From Candidatus Sphingomonas colombiensis (GTDB taxonomy: Bacteria > Pseudomonadota > Alphaproteobacteria > Sphingomonadales > Sphingomonadaceae), in contig CP119315.1 of the NCBI GenBank assembly GCA_029202845.1, positions 2,005,759 through 2,069,758 of the forward strand: a DNA stretch of 64,000 nt. The letters run 5' to 3'. Below the pieces are notes generated by a model, which did not search any database, had not been told where the DNA came from, and worked only from the letters and a program-made list of their open reading frames with translations. The position numbers and the translations under genes are program-made. Of the stretch, positions 54,942 through 63,481 are shown in pieces (the first letter of the stretch is position 1; the number at the start of each line of letters is the position of its first letter).

Positions 54942-55520
54942 ATGGCTCGCACCTTCGCCTATTGCCGCGTCAGCACAGCGGACCAGACCACCGACAATCA
55001 GGTGCGGGAGATTGCCGCCGCCGGTTTCGCGGTCGAGCCTAAACGCGTTGTCGAGGAGACGGTCTCGGGTTCGGTGGCTGCTATGGAGCGCAAGGGCTTC
55101 GCCCGCCTGATCGACCGCATGGAGTCCGGCGACGTCCTCATCGTCACCAAGCTAGACCGGCTGGGCCGCAATGCGATGGATGTACGTGCCACCGTCGAAC
55201 GCTTGGCGGCAGATGGGGTCCGGGTGCATTGCCTCGCCCTCGGGGGTGTGGACCTCACCAGCGCTGCCGGAAAGATGACGATGGGCGTTCTGTCCGCCGT
55301 CGCGGAGTTCGAGCGCGACCTATTGATCGAGCGCACCCAGTCGGGGCTATCTCGGGCTAAGGCCGAAGGGAAGGCGTTGGGCCGCCCCTCCGCGCTCTCA
55401 AAGGAGCAGCAGGAGACCGTAAAGGCACGGAGGGCCGATGGGGTGTCGCTGGGGGCGCTGGCGAACGAATATGGCGTGAGTCGCGCCGCGATCCAGCGGG
55501 TGGAGAAGCGGGCGGGTTAG
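54942..55520 (+). CDS. Serine resolvase/invertase (small serine recombinase with C-terminal HTH)
   Basis: YCRVSTADQ catalytic Ser, KLDRLGRN, AEFERDLLIERT, GRP, HTH. Confidence 0.95.
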   Translation: MARTFAYCRVSTADQTTDNQVREIAAAGFAVEPKRVVEETVSGSVAAMERKGFARLIDRMESGDVLIVTKLDRLGRNAMDVRATVERLAADGVRVHCLALGGVDLTSAAGKMTMGVLSAVAEFERDLLIERTQSGLSRAKAEGKALGRPSALSKEQQETVKARRADGVSLGALANEYGVSRAAIQRVEKRAG

Positions 55521-55614
55521 ATTACTCTCGGGCGGTCGACGCCCTGCTTTTTTTGTTCAGCCCTAGAGCGGCGGCGGACATCTGGTGGGGTCGCGGCAGA
55601 CGGAGGAGCCCGAA

Positions 55615-55640
55615 CCTATCCAGCAAACCTATCCAACACG
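55615..55640. repeat. Integrase arm-type repeat, right copy
   Basis: CCTATCCAGCAAACCTATCCAACACG. Confidence 0.75.
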
Positions 55641-55689
55641 GGGCGGTTTTTAGGCTCTATCATGTTGAGATTGTTCAATTTTCTGGAAG

Positions 55690-55766
55690 TGGCAGGGGAG
55701 CTCGGATTCGAACCGAGGGCCTTCGGTTTTGGAGACCGACGCTCTAACCAGCTGAGCTACACCCCT
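55690..55766 (-). tRNA. trnW: tRNA-Trp (CCA)
   Basis: Reverse complement AGGGGTGTAGCTCAGCTGGTTAGAGCGTCGGTCTCCAAAACCGAAGGCCCTCGGTTCGAATCCGAGCTCCCCTGCCA folds as a 77-nt cloverleaf with a CCA anticodon and encoded CCA end. Confidence 0.97.
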
Positions 55767-55871
55767 ACGAGCGGTTGCCCCTAACGCGACGCGGCGGCGG
55801 CGGCAATAGGGGAGAATGAAACTGCGCGCGCAATTCGGCGCGGCGGTGCGATCGTCTCCTGCCGTAACCGC

Positions 55872-58232
55872 TCAAGCGGCGGCATAGGCATCCGGGCGAT
55901 GGCGTCCGGCGAGCGCGCGCGCTTCCTCCACCGGCAGCGGGCGGCCAAAGTAGAAGCCCTGGATCTTGGTGCAGCCCAGTTCGCGGATCATGTTCAGCTC
56001 GGCCTCGGTCTCCACGCCCTCGGCTGTGGTCGCCATGCCGAGACTTCGGGCGAGCGCCACCACCGCGCAGATGATCGCCAGCGCTTCCGGCACGCCACGC
56101 GACGCGCCCTGAACGAAGCTGCGATCGATCTTGATCGAGGAAAATCTGGTGCGGCTGAGATAACCCAGCGAGGAATAGCCGGTGCCAAAATCGTCGAGGC
56201 TCAGGCGCACGCCCATGTCGAGGATATGCTCCAGCACCTTCACCGCGCCGGTGCCTTCGCGCATGAAGACGCTCTCGGTCACCTCAAGCTCCAGCCGGCT
56301 GGCTGAAATGCCGGAGGTGGCCAGCGCCTGCGCGACGACGGTTGCGAAATTGGGATTGTGCAATTGCTCGGGTGAGACGTTCACCGCGATCCGGATGTCG
56401 TCCGGCCAGCGCGCCGCTTCGGTGCAGGCGGTGCGAACGACCCATTCGCCGATCGGGCCAATCAATCGCGCTTCTTCCGCGAGCGGCACAAATTTGGCCG
56501 GGCTGACCATACCAAACTGCGGGCTGTTCCACCGCAACAATGCTTCGAAACCGGTGAGCCGCCCGGTCATGGTTTCAACGACCGGCTGATATTGCAGGTG
56601 CAGCTCGCCGCGTTCGAGCGCCTTGCGCAGCGCGATTTCCAATACGCGACGTTCCTCCGCCGCGACGTGCAGTTGCGGCTCATAGGTGTGGAACGCGCCG
56701 CCGCCTGCGTCCTTGGAGCGATACAGCGCAAGATCGGCCGAGCGGATAAGGTTTTCGGCGGTGCGGCCATCGCGAGGCGAGGTCGCGACGCCGACCGAGG
56801 CGCCGATCCACAACGTATGCTGGTCGATCTCATAGGGGCGCGACAATGTCTCGATAATCGTCCGCGCGAGTTGCTCGACGCGACCCGTGTCGGCCGCGTC
56901 GCGGACCACGACCGCGAATTCGTCACCGCCGAGCCGCCCGACCATCTCATTTGCGGTGACGAGCTGTGCCAGCCGTTCCGATACGCGCCCGAGCAGCCGG
57001 TCTCCGATCGGATGACCCAGCGTATCGTTGACCGCTTTGAAGCGATCGAGATCGATCATCATGAACGCGCAGCGCGATCCCCATTTCTCCGCCTCGGTGA
57101 GCGCCTTGCCCAGCGCTTCGTTGACCAGCAGGCGGTTGGGCAGCCCGGTGAGCGCATCGAAGCGCGCCATGCGATTGATCTTGTCGGCGGTGGCGCGTTG
57201 CTCCGTTACATCCGAGCCGACCCCGCGAAAGCCGATGAATTCACCGCGATCGTCATAGCGTGGGCTGGCGGCGATTTCCCACCAATGCTGCTCGTCGTTG
57301 ACCGTCACCGGCAGCGCGAGATCGCGAAAGCTCTCACGGTTCTTGAGCTTTTCCGCGAGCTGGCGAAGGGCGGGCGAGAAATTGCCCGATTCCCATGCCG
57401 GCCCGGCGAGCACCTGAAGCAGCGGCATTCCTTCGATCGCGTGGGGGGCGACGCCCAGCGCCATCGCGAAGCGCGTGGTGCCCCTGACAACGCGGCGCTG
57501 CACGTCGGTTTCCCACAGCCAGTCCGATCCGGTGTCCTCAAATTCGCGCAGCAGCAGGCTGACCGTCTCATCGCGCTCGGTAAGCGTCAGTTCCGATCCG
57601 CGCAGCAGCACAAGGGCGCGCGCGCGCGAAACGCATGCGATGATTAGAATTGCGGCGAACAGGATAGAGCCCGCCGCGCCGACATAGACATGCGTGATCG
57701 CAAACGCCGTCGCCACCGCGAGAGTCACGCCGCCGATGAACCCCAGCGCGGCAAGCACCAGCGGCGCCAGCGCGATCGCGGCGGCGGACATCAGCACCGA
57801 CAGCACCATCCACAGCGCCAGCGCGGTCGTCGCATCGCTGTGGCGCCCGAACAGCAATATCGGGACGCTCCACACCAGCGCCAGCGCAATGCCTTCGAAC
57901 CCGGTGCTGCGTAACTCGCCGACGGAGGCAAGGGCATCCGGCTGCGGGCTGGTTCGCAATCGGCGAACCGCAATCACGGTAGCGACGACCATGACGGCGA
58001 TGCCCCATGTCCCAAGCCAGGATTGCGGCACATGCGGTGTAAAGAGCATCACGGCGATCGCCGCGCCAATCAGATTCACGCCAAGCATGAAGAGCGCGAG
58101 TTGTCGCCCGGCATGGAGGGTGGCGCCACGGATTCGCGCCCAGGCGCCGGGGTCGCTGCCTTCGGACAAGCCAAGTAACGGCCCGAGTGGGACCGCGGGA
58201 TGGCGGACGGTGGGGGGTTCCACGTTACTCAC
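55872..58232 (-). CDS. Membrane PAS-GGDEF-EAL protein (bifunctional DGC/PDE candidate)
   Basis: Five to six TM helices, DWLWETD PAS, GGDEF, FEALLRW, DDFGTGYSSL. Confidence 0.92.
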   Translation of the reverse strand: MSNVEPPTVRHPAVPLGPLLGLSEGSDPGAWARIRGATLHAGRQLALFMLGVNLIGAAIAVMLFTPHVPQSWLGTWGIAVMVVATVIAVRRLRTSPQPDALASVGELRSTGFEGIALALVWSVPILLFGRHSDATTALALWMVLSVLMSAAAIALAPLVLAALGFIGGVTLAVATAFAITHVYVGAAGSILFAAILIIACVSRARALVLLRGSELTLTERDETVSLLLREFEDTGSDWLWETDVQRRVVRGTTRFAMALGVAPHAIEGMPLLQVLAGPAWESGNFSPALRQLAEKLKNRESFRDLALPVTVNDEQHWWEIAASPRYDDRGEFIGFRGVGSDVTEQRATADKINRMARFDALTGLPNRLLVNEALGKALTEAEKWGSRCAFMMIDLDRFKAVNDTLGHPIGDRLLGRVSERLAQLVTANEMVGRLGGDEFAVVVRDAADTGRVEQLARTIIETLSRPYEIDQHTLWIGASVGVATSPRDGRTAENLIRSADLALYRSKDAGGGAFHTYEPQLHVAAEERRVLEIALRKALERGELHLQYQPVVETMTGRLTGFEALLRWNSPQFGMVSPAKFVPLAEEARLIGPIGEWVVRTACTEAARWPDDIRIAVNVSPEQLHNPNFATVVAQALATSGISASRLELEVTESVFMREGTGAVKVLEHILDMGVRLSLDDFGTGYSSLGYLSRTRFSSIKIDRSFVQGASRGVPEALAIICAVVALARSLGMATTAEGVETEAELNMIRELGCTKIQGFYFGRPLPVEEARALAGRHRPDAYAAA

Positions 58233-58319
58233 ACCCCCCCGTTTACGCGATCAGGGGTTGATCAATCGTTTCCGTGCGCGCGATTTTTGAGCAGCATTCT
58301 TGCCGGATGCAGTCACCGC

Positions 58320-60047
58320 TCAGGCGGCGATGGCATAAGGCTTGATCTCACCGGAGAGGTAGAGGTTGCGTGCCTTGGCGCGGCTGAGCTTGCCGGAGCT
58401 GGTGCGTGGCAATGTGCGCGGCGGGATCAGCTCGATAACGCAATTCATGCCGGTCACCGCGCGCACGCGATCACGAATCTCGTCGCGCAGGCGGCTGCGC
58501 TCGGCGTCGTCGGACGTACGACATTGCACGAGCACCGCAGGCGTTTCCTCCCCGCCCGGCGTGGTGATCGCAAAGGCGGCGATATCGCCCTGCTTGAAAC
58601 CGGGAAGCTGCTCCACCGCCCATTCGATGTCCTGCGGCCAATGGTTGCGGCCGTTGACGATGATCATGTCCTTGGCGCGGCCGACGATATAGATATAGCC
58701 GTCAGACATATAGCCCATGTCGCCTGTGTCGAGCCAACCGTCCTTCATGCAGGCCTCGGTCGCGTCGGCGTCGCGGAAATAGCCGACCATCACCGACGGG
58801 CCGGCGCACCACACCTTGCCGATCGCGCGCTCGGGAAGCGGGGTGCCGTCTTCTTCGCGGATCTCGATCGCCATGTCGCGCACCGGCTTCCCGCAATTGA
58901 CGATCGCGCGGTAACGTTGCGGGCGGTCCTGCCCGGCAGGGACGCCGGAAAGCTGCGTTTCCTCGACCAGCTCGACGCGGATGCCCTCACCCGGGGGCAT
59001 GATCGACACCGCCAGCGTCGCTTCGGCAAGGCCGTAGCTCGGCAGGAATGCGCTGGCCTTGAAGCCGGCATCGGCGAAGGCGTCGACGAAATCCTGCATC
59101 ACATCCGGCCGGATCATGTCCGCGCCATTGCCGGCGAGGCGCCAGCGCGACAGATCGAAGCGATCCGATGCACGCGTCTGGCTGGAGATGCGGCGGGCGC
59201 AAATGTCATAGCCGAAGGTCGGCGAATAGCTGATCGAAGTGCCCTGATTGCGGCTGACCATATCCAGCCATGCCAGCGGACGGCGCGCGAAATCCTCGGT
59301 TTTCAGATAATCGGTCGAAACCTGGTTCGCGATCGGCGACAGGAAGCAGCCGACCAGCCCCATGTCATGATACCATGGCAGCCACGAGATGCAGCGATCG
59401 CTGTCGATCAGTTCCATGCCATGCGCGTGCGCCGCGAGATTGTTGAGCAACGCGTGATGCGTGATCGCGACGCCGTGCGGAAAACGTGTCGAGCCGCTGG
59501 AATATTGCAGATAGGCGATATCGTCGCCGTTCGCTTGCGGGAGCGCGACGGGCACAGCCTCCGTCGCGAGCAGGTCGCTCCAGTCGACACCGCGCACGCC
59601 GCAGCCCTCTGCCGCCGCGCCCGCCATGCCGGCAAGCTCTGGCGGATAGATCAGCATTACCGGATCACAGCTCGAAAGCTGGACGCTGAGCTGGTCGATA
59701 TAGGATTCCTTGCCCCCGAACGACGTGGGCAACGGGAGCGGCACCGGCCATGCACCGGCATAGACGGTGCCGAAAAACAGGGCGGCGAACTCGGCCCCGG
59801 TTTCCGCGACGAGCGCAACGCGGTCACCCGGCGTTATTCCGGCCGCCATCAGCCGCCACGCCGCCGCCTTCGCGTCCTGTTGCAGCTCCGCGAAGGGATA
59901 AGCGCGGTTCAACGTGCCCCGTGCGTCGTGAAAATTCAGGCCGCGCGTACCCTGCGCCGCATAGTCCAGCGCTTCGCCCAGCGTCGCGAAATCCGCGAAG
60001 CGGCGTGGCAACGCGTCGTGCGTGGCGGTCGGATCCAGGGTAGTCAT
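58320..60047 (-). CDS. Fatty acyl-AMP ligase family adenylating enzyme
   Basis: YLQYSSGSTRFPHG, SWLPWYHDMGL, YGLAEAT, WLDTGDMG, TSSGK. Confidence 0.9.
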   Translation of the reverse strand: MTTLDPTATHDALPRRFADFATLGEALDYAAQGTRGLNFHDARGTLNRAYPFAELQQDAKAAAWRLMAAGITPGDRVALVAETGAEFAALFFGTVYAGAWPVPLPLPTSFGGKESYIDQLSVQLSSCDPVMLIYPPELAGMAGAAAEGCGVRGVDWSDLLATEAVPVALPQANGDDIAYLQYSSGSTRFPHGVAITHHALLNNLAAHAHGMELIDSDRCISWLPWYHDMGLVGCFLSPIANQVSTDYLKTEDFARRPLAWLDMVSRNQGTSISYSPTFGYDICARRISSQTRASDRFDLSRWRLAGNGADMIRPDVMQDFVDAFADAGFKASAFLPSYGLAEATLAVSIMPPGEGIRVELVEETQLSGVPAGQDRPQRYRAIVNCGKPVRDMAIEIREEDGTPLPERAIGKVWCAGPSVMVGYFRDADATEACMKDGWLDTGDMGYMSDGYIYIVGRAKDMIIVNGRNHWPQDIEWAVEQLPGFKQGDIAAFAITTPGGEETPAVLVQCRTSDDAERSRLRDEIRDRVRAVTGMNCVIELIPPRTLPRTSSGKLSRAKARNLYLSGEIKPYAIAA

Positions 60048-60152
60048 TCCAATTCTTAACCTTTCGCGCGCCCCTTGCCGGGCGCAAGCTCGCTCAATGG
60101 CTGCCTTTGCGCGCCCCGCGCGTTTAAATTCGTTCGTCAGTGTGGCAACAAC

Positions 60153-60683
60153 ATGGCCGTGCCCTCCGAACGTCGCCCGCCGCGCCCGCTAAACGCCGCC
60201 ACGCTCGATCAACTGGCGCTGCGCTATGTCGAGCGATTCGCGACGACGCGCGGCAAGCTGGCCGATTATCTGCGCCGTAAGATCCGCGAGCGGGGATGGG
60301 AAGGGGACTTGATCGAGCCGGCGGCAGTGGCGGAGAGAATGGCGACGCTCGGCTATGTCGACGATCGCGGTTTCGCCGAAATGCGCGCGGCTGCGTTGGC
60401 GCGGCGTGGCTATGGCGGACGGCGCGTCGCCGATGCGTTGCGTGCGGCGCATGTCAGTGAAAGCGACGCGGCGATTGCGATGGAGCCGGCGGCTGAGCGC
60501 TCGATCGACGTCGCGCTCGCTTTCGCCCGCCGTCGTCGCTTTGGCCCGTGGGGCAGAACGGCGCCCGACGACCGGCTGCGCGAACGCCAGGTGGCGGCGA
60601 TGGTGCGCGCCGGCCACTCGCCCGCGTTGGCCCGGCGGATCGTCGTTTCTCCCCCCGGTGTCCCATTCGAGGGCGAGGAATGA
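60153..60683 (+). CDS. recX: RecX family regulator
   Basis: ALRYVERFATT..KL..YL; GYVDDRGFA; RRGYG. Confidence 0.82.
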   Translation: MAVPSERRPPRPLNAATLDQLALRYVERFATTRGKLADYLRRKIRERGWEGDLIEPAAVAERMATLGYVDDRGFAEMRAAALARRGYGGRRVADALRAAHVSESDAAIAMEPAAERSIDVALAFARRRRFGPWGRTAPDDRLRERQVAAMVRAGHSPALARRIVVSPPGVPFEGEE

Positions 60684-60762
60684 CGCAAAAGTCGCGCTTG
60701 GGCTGTTGTACGTAACGTCAACCATGCTAGCGTAACGACTATCCGGGGGGGATTGCATAAAA

Positions 60763-61338
60763 GTGCGTAGCGACATGCCTCGCGATGTAGATGACCGCGA
60801 ACAGGAGATTGGTGTGGCCGGCGCCGAGCAAGGCGCGCGGGTTTCCGGTACCCTCAAATGGTTCGATGTCACGCGCGGTTTCGGTTTTCTCGTGCCCGAT
60901 ACCGGCGATACGGGCGATGTGCTGATCCATTTCAGCGTACTTCAATCGCTTGGCCGGCGCAGCCTGCCCGAACGCTCTCGTCTTGAAGTCATTGCGGTGA
61001 AGCGCGACCGGGGTTTTCAGGCGGTCGAGATTCTGTCGCTGGATATGTCACAGGCGGTGGAACCCAGCGAGCCGCGCGATCCCGCCCGCATCGACCCGGC
61101 CACTCTGGTGGCGGACGCCGGCGAATGGGAGCCGGTGCTGGTGAAATGGTTCAACCGGCTGAAGGGCTATGGTTTTCTGGTGCGACCGGGCGGCAATCAG
61201 GATATTTTCGTCCACATGGAAACCTTGCGACGCGCCGCGATCCATGAGGTCGAGCCGGATCAGAAGCTGCGCGCGCGCGTTGTGGATGGGCGCAAGGGGC
61301 CGCTGGCGGTGATCGTCGGTGCCGCGCTGGAGGATTGA
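60763..61338 (+). CDS. Tandem (two-CSD) cold-shock domain protein
   Basis: [11 protein letters not shown]...IHFS and [11 protein letters not shown]...VHME. Confidence 0.9.
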   Translation: MRSDMPRDVDDREQEIGVAGAEQGARVSGTLKWFDVTRGFGFLVPDTGDTGDVLIHFSVLQSLGRRSLPERSRLEVIAVKRDRGFQAVEILSLDMSQAVEPSEPRDPARIDPATLVADAGEWEPVLVKWFNRLKGYGFLVRPGGNQDIFVHMETLRRAAIHEVEPDQKLRARVVDGRKGPLAVIVGAALED

Positions 61339-61339
61339 G

Positions 61340-61837
61340 ATGTTGCGTATCCTCGCCGCAGCGATGCTGGCGACGCTCGTTCCGGCGTGCTCGTCTGGTG
61401 GTGCCTCTGGGAGCAATGGCGCCGAGAATGCTTCCGGTGGCGAAGACGCCGCGCATCGCGTGACGTTGACGATCGAGAGCGCGAACGGCGCACATGTTTT
61501 CCACGTCGATGTGGCGCGGACCGAGGAAGAACAGGCGCGCGGCCTGATGTTCCGCAAGGATATTCCAAAGGATGGCGGGATGCTGTTCTCGCCTTATCCC
61601 GCCACCGGGGGCGAGCCGAAGCCCGCCGCCTTTTGGATGAAGAACACGCCGAGTTCGCTCGACATCCTGTTCATCCGCGCCGACCATACAATCGCGCGGC
61701 TGGCCGAGAACACGGTGCCCTTTTCCGAAGCCCCGATTCCCTCGGGCGAGCCGGTCGCCGCGGTGCTGGAAATCAACGCCGGGCGCGCCGCCGAACTGGG
61801 CATAAACGAAGGCGATAAGGTGTCGTGGGGCAAGTAA
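61340..61837 (+). CDS. DUF192 domain lipoprotein
   Basis: Lipobox LVPAC; RGLMFR, FWMKNT, LDILFI, VLEINAG. Confidence 0.88.
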   Translation: MLRILAAAMLATLVPACSSGGASGSNGAENASGGEDAAHRVTLTIESANGAHVFHVDVARTEEEQARGLMFRKDIPKDGGMLFSPYPATGGEPKPAAFWMKNTPSSLDILFIRADHTIARLAENTVPFSEAPIPSGEPVAAVLEINAGRAAELGINEGDKVSWGK

Positions 61838-61879
61838 GCCCGGTTGAAGCGCGCCGGCTTCGCGGGTAAGCGCGATTTC

Positions 61880-62272
61880 ATGGGCATCAATCTGAACCCG
61901 TTCACTTGGTGGAACGGCGCTACCATCGGCACCTGGTTTGGCCTGCGCGGAAAGACGCGCATGGGCGAGGATTCGCTCGGCAACGTCTATTATGAAGGCG
62001 GAGCCGACACGAGCGGCCAGCCACGCCGCTGGGTAATCTACAACGGCGCAAATGACGCGAGCCGCGTGCCGCCCGATTGGTTCAGCTGGCTGCATCATCA
62101 TGTCGATGATGTGCCGGATCGCGCGCTGCCTGCGCCGCGTCGCTGGGAAAAGCCGGCGCTGCCCAACATGACCGGCACCGCGCTGGCATATCGTCCGCCG
62201 GGCGCGCTGGAAAAGGGCGGCGTCCGCGCTGCCGCGACCGGCGACTATGAAGCATGGAGCCCGGAAGCGTGA
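61880..62272 (+). CDS. NADH:ubiquinone oxidoreductase NDUFA12 (17.2 kDa)-like protein
   Basis: GEDSLGNVYY, RRWVIY, SRVPPDWFSWLHH, NMTGT, DYEAWSP. Confidence 0.9.
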   Translation: MGINLNPFTWWNGATIGTWFGLRGKTRMGEDSLGNVYYEGGADTSGQPRRWVIYNGANDASRVPPDWFSWLHHHVDDVPDRALPAPRRWEKPALPNMTGTALAYRPPGALEKGGVRAAATGDYEAWSPEA

Positions 62273-62937
62273 AGCGCGCGCTGGCGGCGGGCGCGCTTGT
62301 CGCCGCGCTGGCCGGCATTGGCCTTTGGCAGGGAAGCCATTGGTTCGCTGATAGTGCCGATGCGCAGAGGCCGGGCACGCCCGCCGCCAGTCAGGCGGTT
62401 CCAGCGCCGCGCGCTGCTGCGGCGAATGGTGTCACCTCCGTCGATGGCGGCGATCAGGCGATCGACGCGGGCACGACGCCGATGGCCGAGCGAGTCGCGG
62501 TGATCGGCATCCTCAACAAGCGCAATGGCGTCAGCCGCGAACTGACGATGAAGCCGGGGCAGGCGCTGCGCGTCGGCGATACGATCGTGCGTCTGCGTGC
62601 CTGCGAGCGCACCGCGCCGTGGGAGCAGGAGCAACTGACCGGCGCCTTCGTCCAGCTCGACGTGAAGGGCGTGGACAAGGCGTGGCGCCGCGCTTTCTCA
62701 GGCTGGCTGTACAAGGAGCGCCCCGCGCTCAATGTGGTGCAGCACCCGGTTTACGATGTGTGGGCCAAGAGCTGTACGATGTCCTTCCCGGCGAAGGGCG
62801 CGGATACCGATGTGATCGCTGCCTCCACCGCGAAGAAATCGGCCGCCGCTGCGCCTGACGATTCCGGGGATTCGGGTGACGACGCCCCGGTCACGGAAAC
62901 CAACCCGGCCAGCGCTTCGCCCAGCAACACCATGTAA
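62269..62937 (+). CDS. DUF2155 domain protein
   Basis: LNKRNG, FSGWLYKERPALNVVQHPVYDVW..C. Confidence 0.85.
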   Translation: MKRALAAGALVAALAGIGLWQGSHWFADSADAQRPGTPAASQAVPAPRAAAANGVTSVDGGDQAIDAGTTPMAERVAVIGILNKRNGVSRELTMKPGQALRVGDTIVRLRACERTAPWEQEQLTGAFVQLDVKGVDKAWRRAFSGWLYKERPALNVVQHPVYDVWAKSCTMSFPAKGADTDVIAASTAKKSAAAAPDDSGDSGDDAPVTETNPASASPSNTM

Positions 62938-63458
62938 TCGGCGCGATCGATCTCCGTCGCGCCGAGCGAGGCGAGGTGATCGGTCATGAACTGGCAATCG
63001 AGCAGGGTGAAGCCACCTGCCCGCAGCCGTGCGACCAGCGCGGCGATCGCAACCTTGGAGGCATCGGTCGCGCGGCTCACCATGCTTTCGCCGAAAAAGG
63101 CGCGACCCAGTGCGAGGCCATAGAGGCCGCCGACAAGCTCTTCGCCATCCCAGCATTCGATCGAATGGGCGTGGCCGCTTTCATGCAGCGTGAGAAATGC
63201 CTGTTCGATCGAGCGGTTGATCCAGGTTTCGGGCCGGTCGCTCGCCGCTTCCGCACACAATCGGATGATCGCGGGGAAAGCTCGGTCGACGGAGACGCGA
63301 AAGCGATCGGCGAGCAGCGTCTTGCGCAGCGAGCGCGAGAGATGAAACTCGTCGAGCGGCAGGATCGCGCGGCGGCGCGGCTCGACCCAATAGACGCCGG
63401 GCGCGTCGCGACCATCGGCCATCGGGAAAACCCCGACCGAATAGGCGCCGAGCACCAT
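62751..63458 (-). CDS. aat: Leucyl/phenylalanyl-tRNA--protein transferase (start may lie a few codons upstream)
   Basis: AYSVGVFPMAD, TWIN, AHSIECW, GGLYG, FFGESM, LLDCQF.T.HL.SLG. Confidence 0.92.
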   Translation of the reverse strand: MVLGAYSVGVFPMADGRDAPGVYWVEPRRRAILPLDEFHLSRSLRKTLLADRFRVSVDRAFPAIIRLCAEAASDRPETWINRSIEQAFLTLHESGHAHSIECWDGEELVGGLYGLALGRAFFGESMVSRATDASKVAIAALVARLRAGGFTLLDCQFMTDHLASLGATEIDRADYMVLLGEALAGLVSVTGASSPESPESSGAAAADFFAVEAAITSVSAPFAGKDIVQLLAHTS

Positions 63459-63481
63459 CGCCGGATCGAGCCGTTCGTAAT

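Larger units (their letters stand above)
49680..55706. mobile_element. ~6.0-kb integrative element inserted at the 3' end of tRNA-Trp
   Basis: 17-bp att duplication TGGCAGGGGA(t/g)CTCGGA at 49680-49696 and 55690-55706. Contains a tyrosine integrase, arm-type repeats and a resolvase. Confidence 0.88.
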
